Of a DNA stretch of 64,000 nucleotides, positions 9,280 through 17,152 are shown in pieces; the stretch's first letter is position 1; every line of letters begins with the position of its first letter. A model generated the notes under the pieces. The model saw nothing but the letters and a program-made list of their open reading frames with translations. It had not been told where the DNA came from and made no database searches. The DNA is from Tistrella mobilis (GTDB lineage Bacteria > Pseudomonadota > Alphaproteobacteria > Tistrellales > Tistrellaceae). Made by a program: the position numbers and the translations under genes. The stretch lies in the NCBI RefSeq assembly GCF_039634785.1, contig NZ_JBBIAB010000003.1, forward strand, positions 13,724 through 77,723. Direction: 5' to 3'.

Positions 9280-9612
9280 ATGACCCGGATCACGCCTGAG
9301 ATGCAGCGCTGCATCGATGCCTGTCTCGCCTGCTATCAGTCCTGCCTGGGCACTGCCATGGGCCATTGCCTGGAAAGCGGCGGCCGCCATGTCGCGCCCG
9401 AACATTTCCGCCTGATGATGGCCTGCGCGGAAATCTGCCGCACCTCGGCCCATTTCATGCTGACCGGCACCCGCCACCACCGCCATGTCTGCCGCGAATG
9501 CGCCGAGATCTGCCAGGAATGCGCCCGCAGCTGCAACGACCTGGAGGGCATGGAGGCCTGCGCCGCAGCCTGCCGCCATTGCGCCGAACGGTGTCTGGCG
9601 ATGGCGGCGTGA
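9280..9612 (+). CDS. Cysteine-rich four-helix-bundle copper-binding protein (DUF326/Csp-like)
   Basis: 110 aa with 16 Cys arranged as repeated CxxxC/CxxC motifs on four predicted helices (CIDACLACYQSC, ACAEIC, CRECAEICQECARSC, CAAACRHCAERC). GGAG Shine-Dalgarno 9 nt upstream of the ATG at 9280. It sits 80 bp downstream of marR. Confidence 0.75.
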   Translation: MTRITPEMQRCIDACLACYQSCLGTAMGHCLESGGRHVAPEHFRLMMACAEICRTSAHFMLTGTRHHRHVCRECAEICQECARSCNDLEGMEACAAACRHCAERCLAMAA

Positions 9613-9702
9613 GGGTCACGCCATCTCGCCAAATGAGATAAATATCGTTCAGAGATGAAGAAGGCCCGGGTGGTTTATGCTGTCCGGGCTCCTTCACCGT
9701 CA

Positions 9703-9744
9703 ATCAGCAGCAGTGCCGAAATTTTTCATCGGACTGCTGCTGAT
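9703..9744. terminator. 12-bp perfect inverted repeat (ATCAGCAGCAGT-N18-ACTGCTGCTGAT) followed by a T6 run. Putative terminator or regulatory hairpin at the start of the low-GC islet.
   Basis: The arms are exact reverse complements. CAATTTTTTCG lies 9 nt downstream on the plus strand. Confidence 0.4.
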
Positions 9745-9950
9745 TCAGCTCGTCAATTTTTTCGACGTGATCTAGATTTATATCTTCATTAACTTGCACG
9801 AATGGAAAGCAATCGCTTTCATATTATCATTTTAATATATACAATTTTTGCGAGTATTTAAAATGATACAAGAGCGCATCCTGCCCCCTTTGAGCCATTC
9901 CCTGGCACTGATCAACTTCCCACTAACGGTAACTACGCTCAGAGCGTATA

Positions 9951-10220
9951 ATGTGCCGCACGCGGTTTGAGTGGGACGACGCCAAGCACAAGAAGAACCT
10001 GCGAGATCGCGGCTTTGGTTTTGACCAGGCCGCCAGGATCTTCTCCGGCCACGTCGTCGAATGGCTCGATGACCGCTTCACCTATGACGAGGACCGCATC
10101 TGCGCCCTGGGTATGGTCGACGGCCGACTTTATTGCGTTGTCTACACCATGAGGGGTGACACGATCCGGATCATCTCCGCCCGCCTCGCCACCAGAAGGG
10201 AGCAGTCGCTATGGCCATAA
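9951..10220 (+). CDS. brnT: BrnT-family type II toxin (DUF497 ribonuclease toxin)
   Basis: MCRTRFEWDDAKHKKNLRDRGFGFDQAARIF...LYCVVYTMRGDTIRIISARLATRRE matches the BrnT/DUF497 signature (FEWD..K...N..KHG.SF ... RIISAR.A). About 89 aa. Confidence 0.8.
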   Translation: MCRTRFEWDDAKHKKNLRDRGFGFDQAARIFSGHVVEWLDDRFTYDEDRICALGMVDGRLYCVVYTMRGDTIRIISARLATRREQSLWP

Positions 10221-10558
10221 CCCGCATGACGCTGGACGAGATCATGTCGCGACCTGCGGAGGTAGATCAGGCGAAGATAGATGCCACCACCGAAACCGAC
10301 CTCCGCCGGCATATGATCGAAGACGGACAGGATCCGGACGCCCCTCTCGACACCCTCCGCTTCCTGAACCCGCGCGACGTCCGCCGCCGGTTGGGCATGA
10401 CCCAGAAGCAGTTCGCGGACGTCCTGCATATCCCCCTGGGGACCCTGCGCAACTGGGAACAGGCCCGGACGGCGCCCGATCCGGCCGGGCGTGCCCTGAT
10501 GATCATCCTGCAGCGCGAACCCGAAGCGGCCCTGCGCGCTCTCCGGCAGTCTGCGTGA
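10211..10558 (+). CDS. brnA: BrnA-type/XRE-family HTH antitoxin (COG2944-like), cognate of BrnT
   Basis: 10-bp overlap with the brnT stop. HTH region MTQKQFADVLHIPLGTLRNWEQARTAPDPAGRALMIIL is typical of BrnT-paired antitoxins. Confidence 0.75.
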   Translation: MAITRMTLDEIMSRPAEVDQAKIDATTETDLRRHMIEDGQDPDAPLDTLRFLNPRDVRRRLGMTQKQFADVLHIPLGTLRNWEQARTAPDPAGRALMIILQREPEAALRALRQSA

Positions 10559-10649
10559 CCTGTGCTCTCGCCGAAGGTTCTTGCGGGATCGCAGATGCTC
10601 CCGAATCCGTGGCCAAGCCTATCCCAACAGCCATCTTGACGCCTGTGGA

Positions 10650-10660
10650 ATTGGTAGCGA
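10650..10660. repeat. 11-bp exact direct repeat (ATTGGTAGCGA) of the tRNA-Met 3' end and flank found at 11598-11608. Candidate att-site remnant.
   Basis: The same 11-mer sits at 10650-10660 and at 11598-11608. The second copy spans the last 8 nt of the tRNA plus 3 flanking nt. Confidence 0.4.
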
Positions 10661-10726
10661 CCGGTCGATACCATCGACACCACAGCACGAGCAAATTACA
10701 ATAACCGACTGAATTTTCTAATCTAT

Positions 10727-10957
10727 TCAGTCACCCACCGCCTTTCGTGCCAACTCAGCTGCGGCATTTACCTCAGCGACACGCTGTTCGGCGACGTGGA
10801 CAAGCGACTCACGCATACTGCGCGTCACCTTCACAGCGCCGCTAGCCACGCGATTAATCGCCCGCACGGAATATCCTGAAGCATCGGCAAACGCTGTCTG
10901 CCATCCGCTGGCTCCGTACAAGGCGCGAGCAATTGCCACAAATTCTTCATTCGTCAT
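10727..10957 (-). CDS. Hypothetical small protein (76 aa) with AT-rich codon usage, islet-borne
   Basis: Intact ORF MTNEEFVAIARALYGASGWQTAFADASGYS... An 8-bp inverted repeat (GACTGAAT-N10-ATTCAGTC, 10706-10731) overlapping the stop looks like a terminator. No recognisable family. Confidence 0.4.
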   Translation of the reverse strand: MTNEEFVAIARALYGASGWQTAFADASGYSVRAINRVASGAVKVTRSMRESLVHVAEQRVAEVNAAAELARKAVGD

Positions 10958-11186
10958 TTATTGTCATCTTGCAGTTTTTACATAGGCATTCAACGGATCA
11001 TCTACTTTTGGTTGCATATAGAGGCAAAACCGCCGTCGTAGGCCAACCGGAGTGCCTCAGCTGAAGTCAACTTGCTCCTCGGCCGGCAGCCCCTCGATGA
11101 CCGCCTCAATACGCTTCAGCCGTTCGCCCTCCTCAGGCGGAAGATCCTGAGGTGCGTCGGTTCGAGCTTCCGGTTTCCCACCAGCG

Positions 11187-11414
11187 TCAGGAGACCTGGT
11201 CACGCGCCTTGACCTGACGGAAAGCCGCATACATGTCGCGACCGACATTCTTCACGTCGGATGCCGGGCCGGATGGATTGCGGATGTTCTGGAATCTGCC
11301 GGTGACGGGCGGGGCCAGAGCGCCGGCGACGAACGAGCCCATGACGGTCAGCCCGGCCATCATCCCCGACACGAAGGCACCGGCCGCCCGCTTGCGATTT
11401 CGTCCGTTTTTCAT
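11187..11414 (-). CDS. Hypothetical small membrane protein (75 aa, one predicted TM helix)
   Basis: ATG at 11412-11414 is preceded by AAGGGGAG with 6-nt spacing. Hydrophobic segment AFVSGMMAGLTVMGSFVAGALA. The listed ORF starts 2 codons upstream at a GTG. Confidence 0.4.
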   Translation of the reverse strand: MKNGRNRKRAAGAFVSGMMAGLTVMGSFVAGALAPPVTGRFQNIRNPSGPASDVKNVGRDMYAAFRQVKARDQVS

Positions 11415-11529
11415 GGCCACCTCCCCTTACAGGGTCCGTCACATATAGATGACGTCGCCGTCCCACGCCGTCAATCTCGACCTGACGCGGCAGCAAAATG
11501 ACGATCCACCTGGCACCTCAACCGTCGAA

Positions 11530-11568
11530 ACGGAAAAAGGCCCGACTGACAGAAACGTCAATCGAGCC
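11530..11568 (-). terminator. Rho-independent terminator for the tRNA-Met gene (minus strand)
   Basis: The minus-strand RNA forms GGCUCGAUUGAC-GUUUCU-GUCAGUCGGGCC, a 12-bp stem with two G.U pairs, followed by UUUUUCCGUUUCG. Confidence 0.6.
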
Positions 11569-11600
11569 TTTTCCCACAGTGCCAGTAGCACTGCATTGAT

Positions 11601-11675
11601 TGGTAGCGAGGGAGGGATTTGAACCCCCGACCAAGGGCTTATGAGTCCCCTGCTCTACCACTGAGCTACCCCGCC
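11601..11675 (-). tRNA. tRNA-Met (anticodon CAU; elongator Met or lysidine-modified Ile2 cannot be distinguished from sequence alone)
   Basis: Reverse complement gives GGCGGGGTA-GCTC-AGTGGTA-GAGC-A-GGGGA-CTCATAA-GCCCT-TGGTC-GGGGG-TTCAAAT-CCCTC-CCTCGCT-A-CCA. The cloverleaf has a 7-bp acceptor stem, D and T arms, a U33-CAU-A37 loop and an encoded CCA. Confidence 0.85.
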
Positions 11676-11751
11676 GCAATGCGGTGGTGCCGGTTCGTCT
11701 TCGGCGCCGCCGCTCAGGTGGGCGTGAAATAGCGGATCGGCAGGCGGGTTG

Positions 11752-12570
11752 TCAAGGGGCGGTGTGACGGTTTTTGGCAGGCTGGTCCCCGATCGCGGTC
11801 GTGGCGGTCAGGCCGTAGAGGCGGGCCGCGGCGGCCGCGTCGTCGAGGATGGGCGGCAGGCGGTCGAGCAGACCGCGATACGCCGCCCGGGCCTCGTGGC
11901 GGGTATGGGGCCAGTCGCTGCCCCAGAGGATGCGGTCGGGGCCGAGCCGCTGCGCCAGCCAGGCGACATGGCCGTCCACCGCCACCCGGCTGCGATAGGG
12001 CGCGCTGGCCTTGACATGAACCCCATGATCCGACGGCAGGGCGGCCAGTGCCCGAAACCAGGGCTCGGCGGCCGGGTCCGCCGCCTCGGGCAGGCCCAGA
12101 TGGTCGATCACCAGCCCGCCCGCCGCCCTGGCGAGCGGCGCCAGAACCGGCGCCAGGCGGCTGCTTTCCAGCTGGATTTCCAGATGCAGCCCGGCATCGC
12201 GCATGCGCCCCAGAAAGCGCCGCACTTCCGGATCGGCCGGGTCGGGCACGGGGGCGCCCGCCACCAGGTTCCAGCGCAGGCCGCGCACCCCGGCCGCCCG
12301 CAGGCCGCTCAACTCCCCGGCCGCCGCGTCGGTATCGACGACCGCCACCCCGGCGAAGCGGCTGCGATCCAGCCGCTCCAGCGCGTCCAGCATCATGCGG
12401 TTGTCGGTTCCGAGAAAGCTGACCTGAACGATCACCCCGCCTTTCAGGCCGTGCGCCGCCAGCAGGTCGAGCCAGCCCGCCAGAGGTGCCGGCCGGTCGG
12501 GCAGATAGCGCACGCGGCCGACGGCCGCCACCTGATCGTAGACATGAACATGCGCATCGAAACCGATCAT
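11752..12570 (-). CDS. Amidohydrolase-2 family (TIM-barrel metal-dependent hydrolase)
   Basis: MIGFDAHVHVYD... metal-binding His motif. C-terminal WGSDWPHTRHEA motif. Start ATG 12568-12570 is preceded by GGAGG. The listed 780-aa ORF is a read-through of unrelated upstream sequence in this GC-rich frame. Confidence 0.8.
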   Translation of the reverse strand: MIGFDAHVHVYDQVAAVGRVRYLPDRPAPLAGWLDLLAAHGLKGGVIVQVSFLGTDNRMMLDALERLDRSRFAGVAVVDTDAAAGELSGLRAAGVRGLRWNLVAGAPVPDPADPEVRRFLGRMRDAGLHLEIQLESSRLAPVLAPLARAAGGLVIDHLGLPEAADPAAEPWFRALAALPSDHGVHVKASAPYRSRVAVDGHVAWLAQRLGPDRILWGSDWPHTRHEARAAYRGLLDRLPPILDDAAAAARLYGLTATTAIGDQPAKNRHTAP

Positions 12571-12586
12571 CTCGCCTCCATCATAT

Positions 12587-12621
12587 AGTTCTATATAGAA
12601 CTGGTTGACCTGAGGGGTCAA
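12587..12621. promoter_or_regulatory. Two adjacent perfect palindromes in the amidohydrolase/GntR divergent intergenic region. Candidate GntR operator(s).
   Basis: AGTTCTATATAGAACT (12587-12602, 16-bp perfect palindrome). TTGACCtgaggGGTCAA (12605-12621, 6-bp arms). Confidence 0.5.
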
Positions 12622-12657
12622 AGGGTTTAGGCAGGAAGGCAGAGGGAGACCAGAGCG

Positions 12658-13389
12658 ATGCCATATCAGTCCATGCCGTCCGATGAACGGCTGCCGGCCT
12701 ATCTGCGCCTGCGCGACGAGCTGGCGGCCCGCATCGCCGCCGGGGAATGGGGCCCCGACCGTGCGCTGCCGTCGGAAAACGCGCTCGCCCGCGATCACCG
12801 GCTGTCGGTGGGTACCGTGCGCAAGGCCGTGCAGCAGCTGGTCGATGAAGGCCTGCTGGAACGGCGCCAGGGCTCGGGAACCTATCTGCGCAAGCCCGCC
12901 TTCGACGCGACGCTGTTCCGCTTCTTTCAGATGCAAGGCCCGGGCGAGGATGCCCGCAGCATTCCGAAAAGCCAGCTGATCACCCGTGTCCGGATGACGG
13001 CGCCCGAGCCGGTCGCGGCGATCCTGGGCACGGCCGATACCATCCGGATCGAACGCGTCCGTTCGCTCTCGGGCCGGCCGATCCTGGCCGAGGAGATCTA
13101 CATCCGCGCCGATCGTTTCGAGGGGCTGGAAAGCCTGCCCGCCCACGAACTCGGCCCCCTGCTCTACCCGGTTTATTACGACCGCTTCGGGGTCTTCGTC
13201 GCACGCGCGATCGACGATGTCAGCTTCGGCCGGGCCGACGCCACCACCGCGGCGCGGCTGGGCATCGCCGAAGCTGCGCCGGTCGCCTGCATCGAACGCA
13301 CCGCCTTCACCATCGACGGCACCGCCGTCGAATGGCGGATCGCCCGCGGCGACGCGCTGAATTTCCGCTACCGCAGCCGGATCGGCTGA
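12658..13389 (+). CDS. GntR-family (HutC/UTRA subfamily) transcriptional regulator
   Basis: N-terminal GntR winged helix (LPSENALARDHRLSVGTVRKAVQQLVDEGLLERRQGSGTYL) plus a C-terminal UTRA-like effector domain. 243 aa. Confidence 0.85.
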   Translation: MPYQSMPSDERLPAYLRLRDELAARIAAGEWGPDRALPSENALARDHRLSVGTVRKAVQQLVDEGLLERRQGSGTYLRKPAFDATLFRFFQMQGPGEDARSIPKSQLITRVRMTAPEPVAAILGTADTIRIERVRSLSGRPILAEEIYIRADRFEGLESLPAHELGPLLYPVYYDRFGVFVARAIDDVSFGRADATTAARLGIAEAAPVACIERTAFTIDGTAVEWRIARGDALNFRYRSRIG

Positions 13390-13512
13390 ATCACCGCCCT
13401 CTGGCCGCCCTCTGGCCGCCCACGCCCGCCCGCGGATGCGCCCGCCGTGCAGGCCCGGCCAGACATATCGGGAAGCCGCCCCAGAGAAGACAACGTCCAG
13501 GGAGGGACGACA

Positions 13513-14469
13513 ATGAAGACGCTCGTGACCACGGCCGCCATGGCCGGCCTGCTCGCCACCTCGTCGCCGGCGCTCGCCGCCTATCCCGAACGGCCGATCG
13601 AGATGACGGTGCCGGCACCTGCCGGCGGCGGCACCGACACCGCCGCCCGCAAGCTCGCCACCCTTCTGGAAGAGAAGCTCGGCACCAGCATCGCCATCCT
13701 GAACGTGGCCGGCGGCGGCGGCGCAGTCGGCGCCACCCAGTTCCTGCGCGCAAAGCCCGACGGCTATGCCCTGCTCGCCACCTGGAACAGCCCGCTGACC
13801 ACCGTGCCGCAGGTGCAGAAGGTCGCCTATGACGCGGCCAGCTTCACGCCGATCGCCTCGACCTCGGAAACCGCCTATACGCTCTGCGTCAAGGCGGATT
13901 TCCCGGCTGCGACCGGCGCCGAATTCCTGGCGGAACTCGCCGCCCATCCCGACAAATACACCTATGGCAATGACGGCATCGGCGGCACCATGCAGCTTGC
14001 CGCCGAGCGGATCTTCCAGGCCAAGGGCGTGAAGGCGGTGGCCATCCCCTTCGGCGGCGCCGGTGAAACCCTGCAGAACTTCCTGGGCGGCCATGTCGAC
14101 ATCTATGGCGGCTCGATCTCGCCGGTCATCCCTTACGTCCAGTCGGGAGAGGCCAGGTGCCTGATCGTCACCTCGGCCGCGCCGGTCGCGGCCCTGCCCG
14201 ATGCCGCCGGTCTCGCCTCTCTGGGGCTCGGCAGTGAAGAGACCCTGCTCTGGCGGGCGATCATGGGCCCCAAGGGCATGGATCCGGCCGAGGTCGAGAT
14301 CCTGACCCGGGCGATCCAGGAGGCGGTGAACACGCCTGAATATGTCGAGTTCCTGGCAACCCGCGGCGAGATCCCCAATGTCGTGACCGGTGAGGCGCTG
14401 GCGGCCCGGCTGCAGGGCGAATACGACGCCCTTGCCCGTGTGGCCAAGGCGCTGGGCCTGGGCAACTGA
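13513..14469 (+). CDS. tctC: Tripartite tricarboxylate transporter substrate-binding protein (TctC/Bug family)
   Basis: Signal peptide MKTLVTTAAMAGLLATSSPALAA. Bug-family body (ILNVAGGGGAVGATQFLRAKPDGYALLATWNSP). GGAGGGA Shine-Dalgarno before the ATG at 13513. Confidence 0.85.
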   Translation: MKTLVTTAAMAGLLATSSPALAAYPERPIEMTVPAPAGGGTDTAARKLATLLEEKLGTSIAILNVAGGGGAVGATQFLRAKPDGYALLATWNSPLTTVPQVQKVAYDAASFTPIASTSETAYTLCVKADFPAATGAEFLAELAAHPDKYTYGNDGIGGTMQLAAERIFQAKGVKAVAIPFGGAGETLQNFLGGHVDIYGGSISPVIPYVQSGEARCLIVTSAAPVAALPDAAGLASLGLGSEETLLWRAIMGPKGMDPAEVEILTRAIQEAVNTPEYVEFLATRGEIPNVVTGEALAARLQGEYDALARVAKALGLGN

Positions 14470-14470
14470 G

Positions 14471-14908
14471 ATGGAGCGGCGGCAGGACGTCGTCCTCGGC
14501 CTCGTCCTCGCCGCCCTCGGCGGGTTCGCGGGCCTCGAGGCCTCAGGCTATCGCGGTGCCTCGGGCCACTACCCCCTGGCGCTCGGGATCGTGCTTGCAG
14601 TGCTCGGTCTGGCCCTGGCCGTCCGTGCGGCGGTCCGGGGCAGCCGGAAGCCGCGACCGCTGGCCATCCACGCCCCCCGGCTGATCGGCACCAGCGCCAT
14701 GGGCGCCGCCTATCTGGCCCTGGTGCCGGTGCTCGGCTTCTACACCGCCTCGGCGCTCGCGGTCGCGATCATGCCCGTGGCGCTGGGCCTGCGCCGGCCG
14801 GTGCTGGTCGCGCTTGGCACCGTCATCTTCACCGCGGCGGTCTGGCTGGTGTTCTCGATGGTGCTGAACAAGCCGCTGCCGCCCGAAATCTGGTTCCGCC
14901 CCGGCTGA
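14471..14908 (+). CDS. tctB: Tripartite tricarboxylate transporter small membrane subunit (TctB family)
   Basis: About 145 aa with 4 TM helices, directly between tctC and tctA. Confidence 0.7.
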   Translation: MERRQDVVLGLVLAALGGFAGLEASGYRGASGHYPLALGIVLAVLGLALAVRAAVRGSRKPRPLAIHAPRLIGTSAMGAAYLALVPVLGFYTASALAVAIMPVALGLRRPVLVALGTVIFTAAVWLVFSMVLNKPLPPEIWFRPG

Positions 14909-14923
14909 GGTTTCCGCACCCCC

Positions 14924-16432
14924 ATGGACATCATCCTCCAGATCCTGTCGGGCGTGTTCGCGGCCGGCCCGCTCCTCGCCATGCTCGGCGCCTCGCTGCT
15001 CGGCGTGTTCATCGGCGCCCTGCCCGGGCTGAACCCGGTCATGGCCATCGCCCTGCTGCTGCCGCTCACCTATTCCATGGACCCGCTGGTGGCGCTGGGC
15101 ATGGTCGCCGGCATCTATAACGGCTCCATGTATGGCGGCGCGATCCCGGCGATCCTGCTGCGCATCCCGGGCACGCCGGCCGCCATCGCCACCACCTTCG
15201 ACGGCCATCCCATGGCCCAGCGCGGCGAGGCGGCCAAGGCGCTCAAGATCGCCTGCTGGTCCTCCGCCATCGGCGGCACCGCCTCGGCGATCGCGCTGAT
15301 GACGCTTGGCCCGCTGCTTGCCCGCGGCACGCTCTATTTCGGCCCGGCGGAGTATTTCTGGATCGCCATGTTCGGCATGGCCTCGGTCGGCGTGATGGTC
15401 GGCCGCGATGCGCTGAAGGGCCTCATCGCCTCGGTGCTGGGGCTGTTGCTGGGAACGGTCGGGCTCGACCAGCTTTCGGGCAGCTCGCGCTTCACCTTCG
15501 ATCAGCCCTGGCTGCTGGGCGGGCTGGACCTGATCGTGATCCTGGTCGGCCTCTACGCCCTGCCGCCGGTGCTGCAGCTGGCGGAGGCCGCGGATCTCAA
15601 GGGCCTGCCGGCCAGCGCGCTCCGCCTCGCCCGCGTCCGGCTCGGCCGCGCCGAGGTGCTGGCCCTGGTGCCAACCTGGATCCGCTCGTCGCTGATCGGC
15701 ATCGCGGTCGGCATTCTGCCCGGCGCCGGCGGCAACATCGCCGCCTTTCTGTCCTACAACGCGGCCAAGAACCGCGCCCGCGACCCCGACCGTTTCGGCA
15801 AGGGCGCGCCCGAGGGCGTGGCGGCGGCCGAATGCGGCAACAATGCCGACAATGCCGCCTCGATGATCCCGGCGCTCACCCTGGGCATTCCGGGCAATGT
15901 GGTGGCGGCCCTGGTGCTGGGCGCGCTGCTGATCCACGGCCTGCAGCCGGGCCCGCAGCTTTTCCACCAGGCGCCGGATCTGGTCGGCGGCTTCATGGTG
16001 CAGATGCTGGTGACCTCGGTGCTGATCCTGGCGGTGGGCGGTGCCGCCGCCACCCGGGTCTTCGCCCAGGTCCAGCGCCTGCCGGGGGTGATGCTGGTCC
16101 CGACCATCCTGGTGCTGATGGCGGTTGGCGTCTATGTCATCAACGGCCGGGTGGTGGATCTCTGGCTGATGTTCGGCGCAGGCCTTGCCGGCTATCTGCT
16201 GGAGAAGCTGGAGGTGCCGCTCGCCCCCATCGTGCTCGGCATGATCCTGGGCCCGATGGCGGAACAGGGGGTGCGCCGCGCCCTGCTGATCGGACGTGGC
16301 GACCCCCTGCACCTGGTGTCGAGCCCGCTGTCGATGGTCATCGCCGCGGCGACCGTGGGCTTCATTCTCTGGCCGCTGCTGCGGCGCCTGAAGCCCAGCC
16401 GCCGCCAGAGTGCCCGCCGCAGCGACCGTTGA
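14924..16432 (+). CDS. tctA: Tripartite tricarboxylate transporter large permease (TctA family)
   Basis: 502 aa polytopic membrane protein with TctA hallmarks (GALPGLNPVMAIALLLPLTYSMDP, duplicated GxxPG regions). Confidence 0.9.
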   Translation: MDIILQILSGVFAAGPLLAMLGASLLGVFIGALPGLNPVMAIALLLPLTYSMDPLVALGMVAGIYNGSMYGGAIPAILLRIPGTPAAIATTFDGHPMAQRGEAAKALKIACWSSAIGGTASAIALMTLGPLLARGTLYFGPAEYFWIAMFGMASVGVMVGRDALKGLIASVLGLLLGTVGLDQLSGSSRFTFDQPWLLGGLDLIVILVGLYALPPVLQLAEAADLKGLPASALRLARVRLGRAEVLALVPTWIRSSLIGIAVGILPGAGGNIAAFLSYNAAKNRARDPDRFGKGAPEGVAAAECGNNADNAASMIPALTLGIPGNVVAALVLGALLIHGLQPGPQLFHQAPDLVGGFMVQMLVTSVLILAVGGAAATRVFAQVQRLPGVMLVPTILVLMAVGVYVINGRVVDLWLMFGAGLAGYLLEKLEVPLAPIVLGMILGPMAEQGVRRALLIGRGDPLHLVSSPLSMVIAAATVGFILWPLLRRLKPSRRQSARRSDR

Positions 16433-16436
16433 CGCC

Positions 16437-17015
16437 TCAGGGCTTCAGCTTCTCCTGACGCGACAGAAGATCGCGCAGGGTCGACTGCTGGCGGTCGAGA
16501 TTGCGGATCTGGTCGCGCAGGCTGCGGCGCTCGTCATCCTTCTGCGCCTTCTGCAGCTTGCGCTCCAGTTCGTTGATCCGGAAATCATTGTTCTGGAGGT
16601 CGCGGCGCGTTTCGGAGACCTTCAGCCCGTCGCGGAGCGCCCGTTCGAACGCGGCGCCCTGGGGCTGGCCGCGGCAGACATCGCTCTTCCAGGAATTGCC
16701 GTCCACGCCCTCTTCCCAGCCGCGGGCCGGGGTGCAATAGGTCTTGATGCCCTGGTCCCAGCCGGCCCGCCAGGCCTTGGCATCGGGGCGCACACCCGCC
16801 TTGGCGCAGTCGCTGGTATAGCTCGCGATCGTGTCCTGGTCCTCGCCGGCGGCGCCGTCGGCATAGCCGGTGCGCTGCCAGTCGGCCACGCGGCACTCGT
16901 CCTCGCTCATGCTGGCGCAGGCAGACACGACCAGCGGAGCGGCCAGCAGGGCAAGCAGGATCAGACAGCGCCTGATCAGCCTGGCGGGGGTGAAGAAGGT
17001 CCGGGCATTCATCAT
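16437..17015 (-). CDS. Lipoprotein, DUF2799-like, with a C-terminal coiled coil
   Basis: Signal peptide with lipobox LVVSAC. Cys-containing periplasmic domain. C-terminal charged coiled-coil (RDLQNNDFRINELERKLQKAQKDDERRSLRDQIRNLDRQQ). Confidence 0.6.
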   Translation of the reverse strand: MMNARTFFTPARLIRRCLILLALLAAPLVVSACASMSEDECRVADWQRTGYADGAAGEDQDTIASYTSDCAKAGVRPDAKAWRAGWDQGIKTYCTPARGWEEGVDGNSWKSDVCRGQPQGAAFERALRDGLKVSETRRDLQNNDFRINELERKLQKAQKDDERRSLRDQIRNLDRQQSTLRDLLSRQEKLKP

Positions 17016-17152
17016 GGGTCAGCGTCTTCCAGGGCATCGTCCCCCGACCGGGGCCGGTCGCGGGCGGCAGGGCCCGCAGCGCGCTTATAGCACCGCATCC
17101 GTTGCCCGGCACTTCCCCGGCCGCTCGGGGGCAAACCGCTGTCAACCTGCCG

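Larger units (their letters stand above)
9613..11600. mobile_element. Low-GC (AT-rich) islet carrying a BrnT/BrnA toxin-antitoxin pair and small foreign-looking ORFs, immediately 3' of tRNA-Met. Probable remnant of an integrated element.
   Basis: An abrupt drop in GC (many A/T runs at 9640-9950 and 10680-11050) in an otherwise ~68% GC window. The small ORFs use AT-rich codons (aat, gaa, ttt, att). There is a toxin-antitoxin module, an adjacent tRNA gene, and an 11-bp direct repeat of the tRNA 3' end at 10650-10660. Confidence 0.45.

Noticed and set aside
9947-9952. TATAAT hexamer as the -10 of brnT
   Set aside because: It overlaps the brnT ATG (9951). A transcript from it would start inside the gene, so it is probably chance in AT-rich DNA. 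The real promoter is likely further upstream in the 9750-9930 A/T-rich stretch.
10197-10220. MbtH-like protein (the BrnT C-terminus ends ...SLWP)
   Set aside because: The SLWP ending is coincidental. The protein has the full BrnT/DUF497 signature and none of the MbtH W/N/S motifs. No MbtH-like ORF was found in the window.
11752-14094. Single 780-aa minus-strand ORF
   Set aside because: Only the C-terminal 273 aa (from MIGFDAHVHV, with GGAGG Shine-Dalgarno) look like a real amidohydrolase. The upstream part overlaps the real plus-strand GntR and TctC genes antisense.
14543-16312. 589-aa minus-strand ORF (Gln/His/Arg/Asp-rich)
   Set aside because: It is antisense to tctA, which has clear permease features. 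The product is low-complexity.
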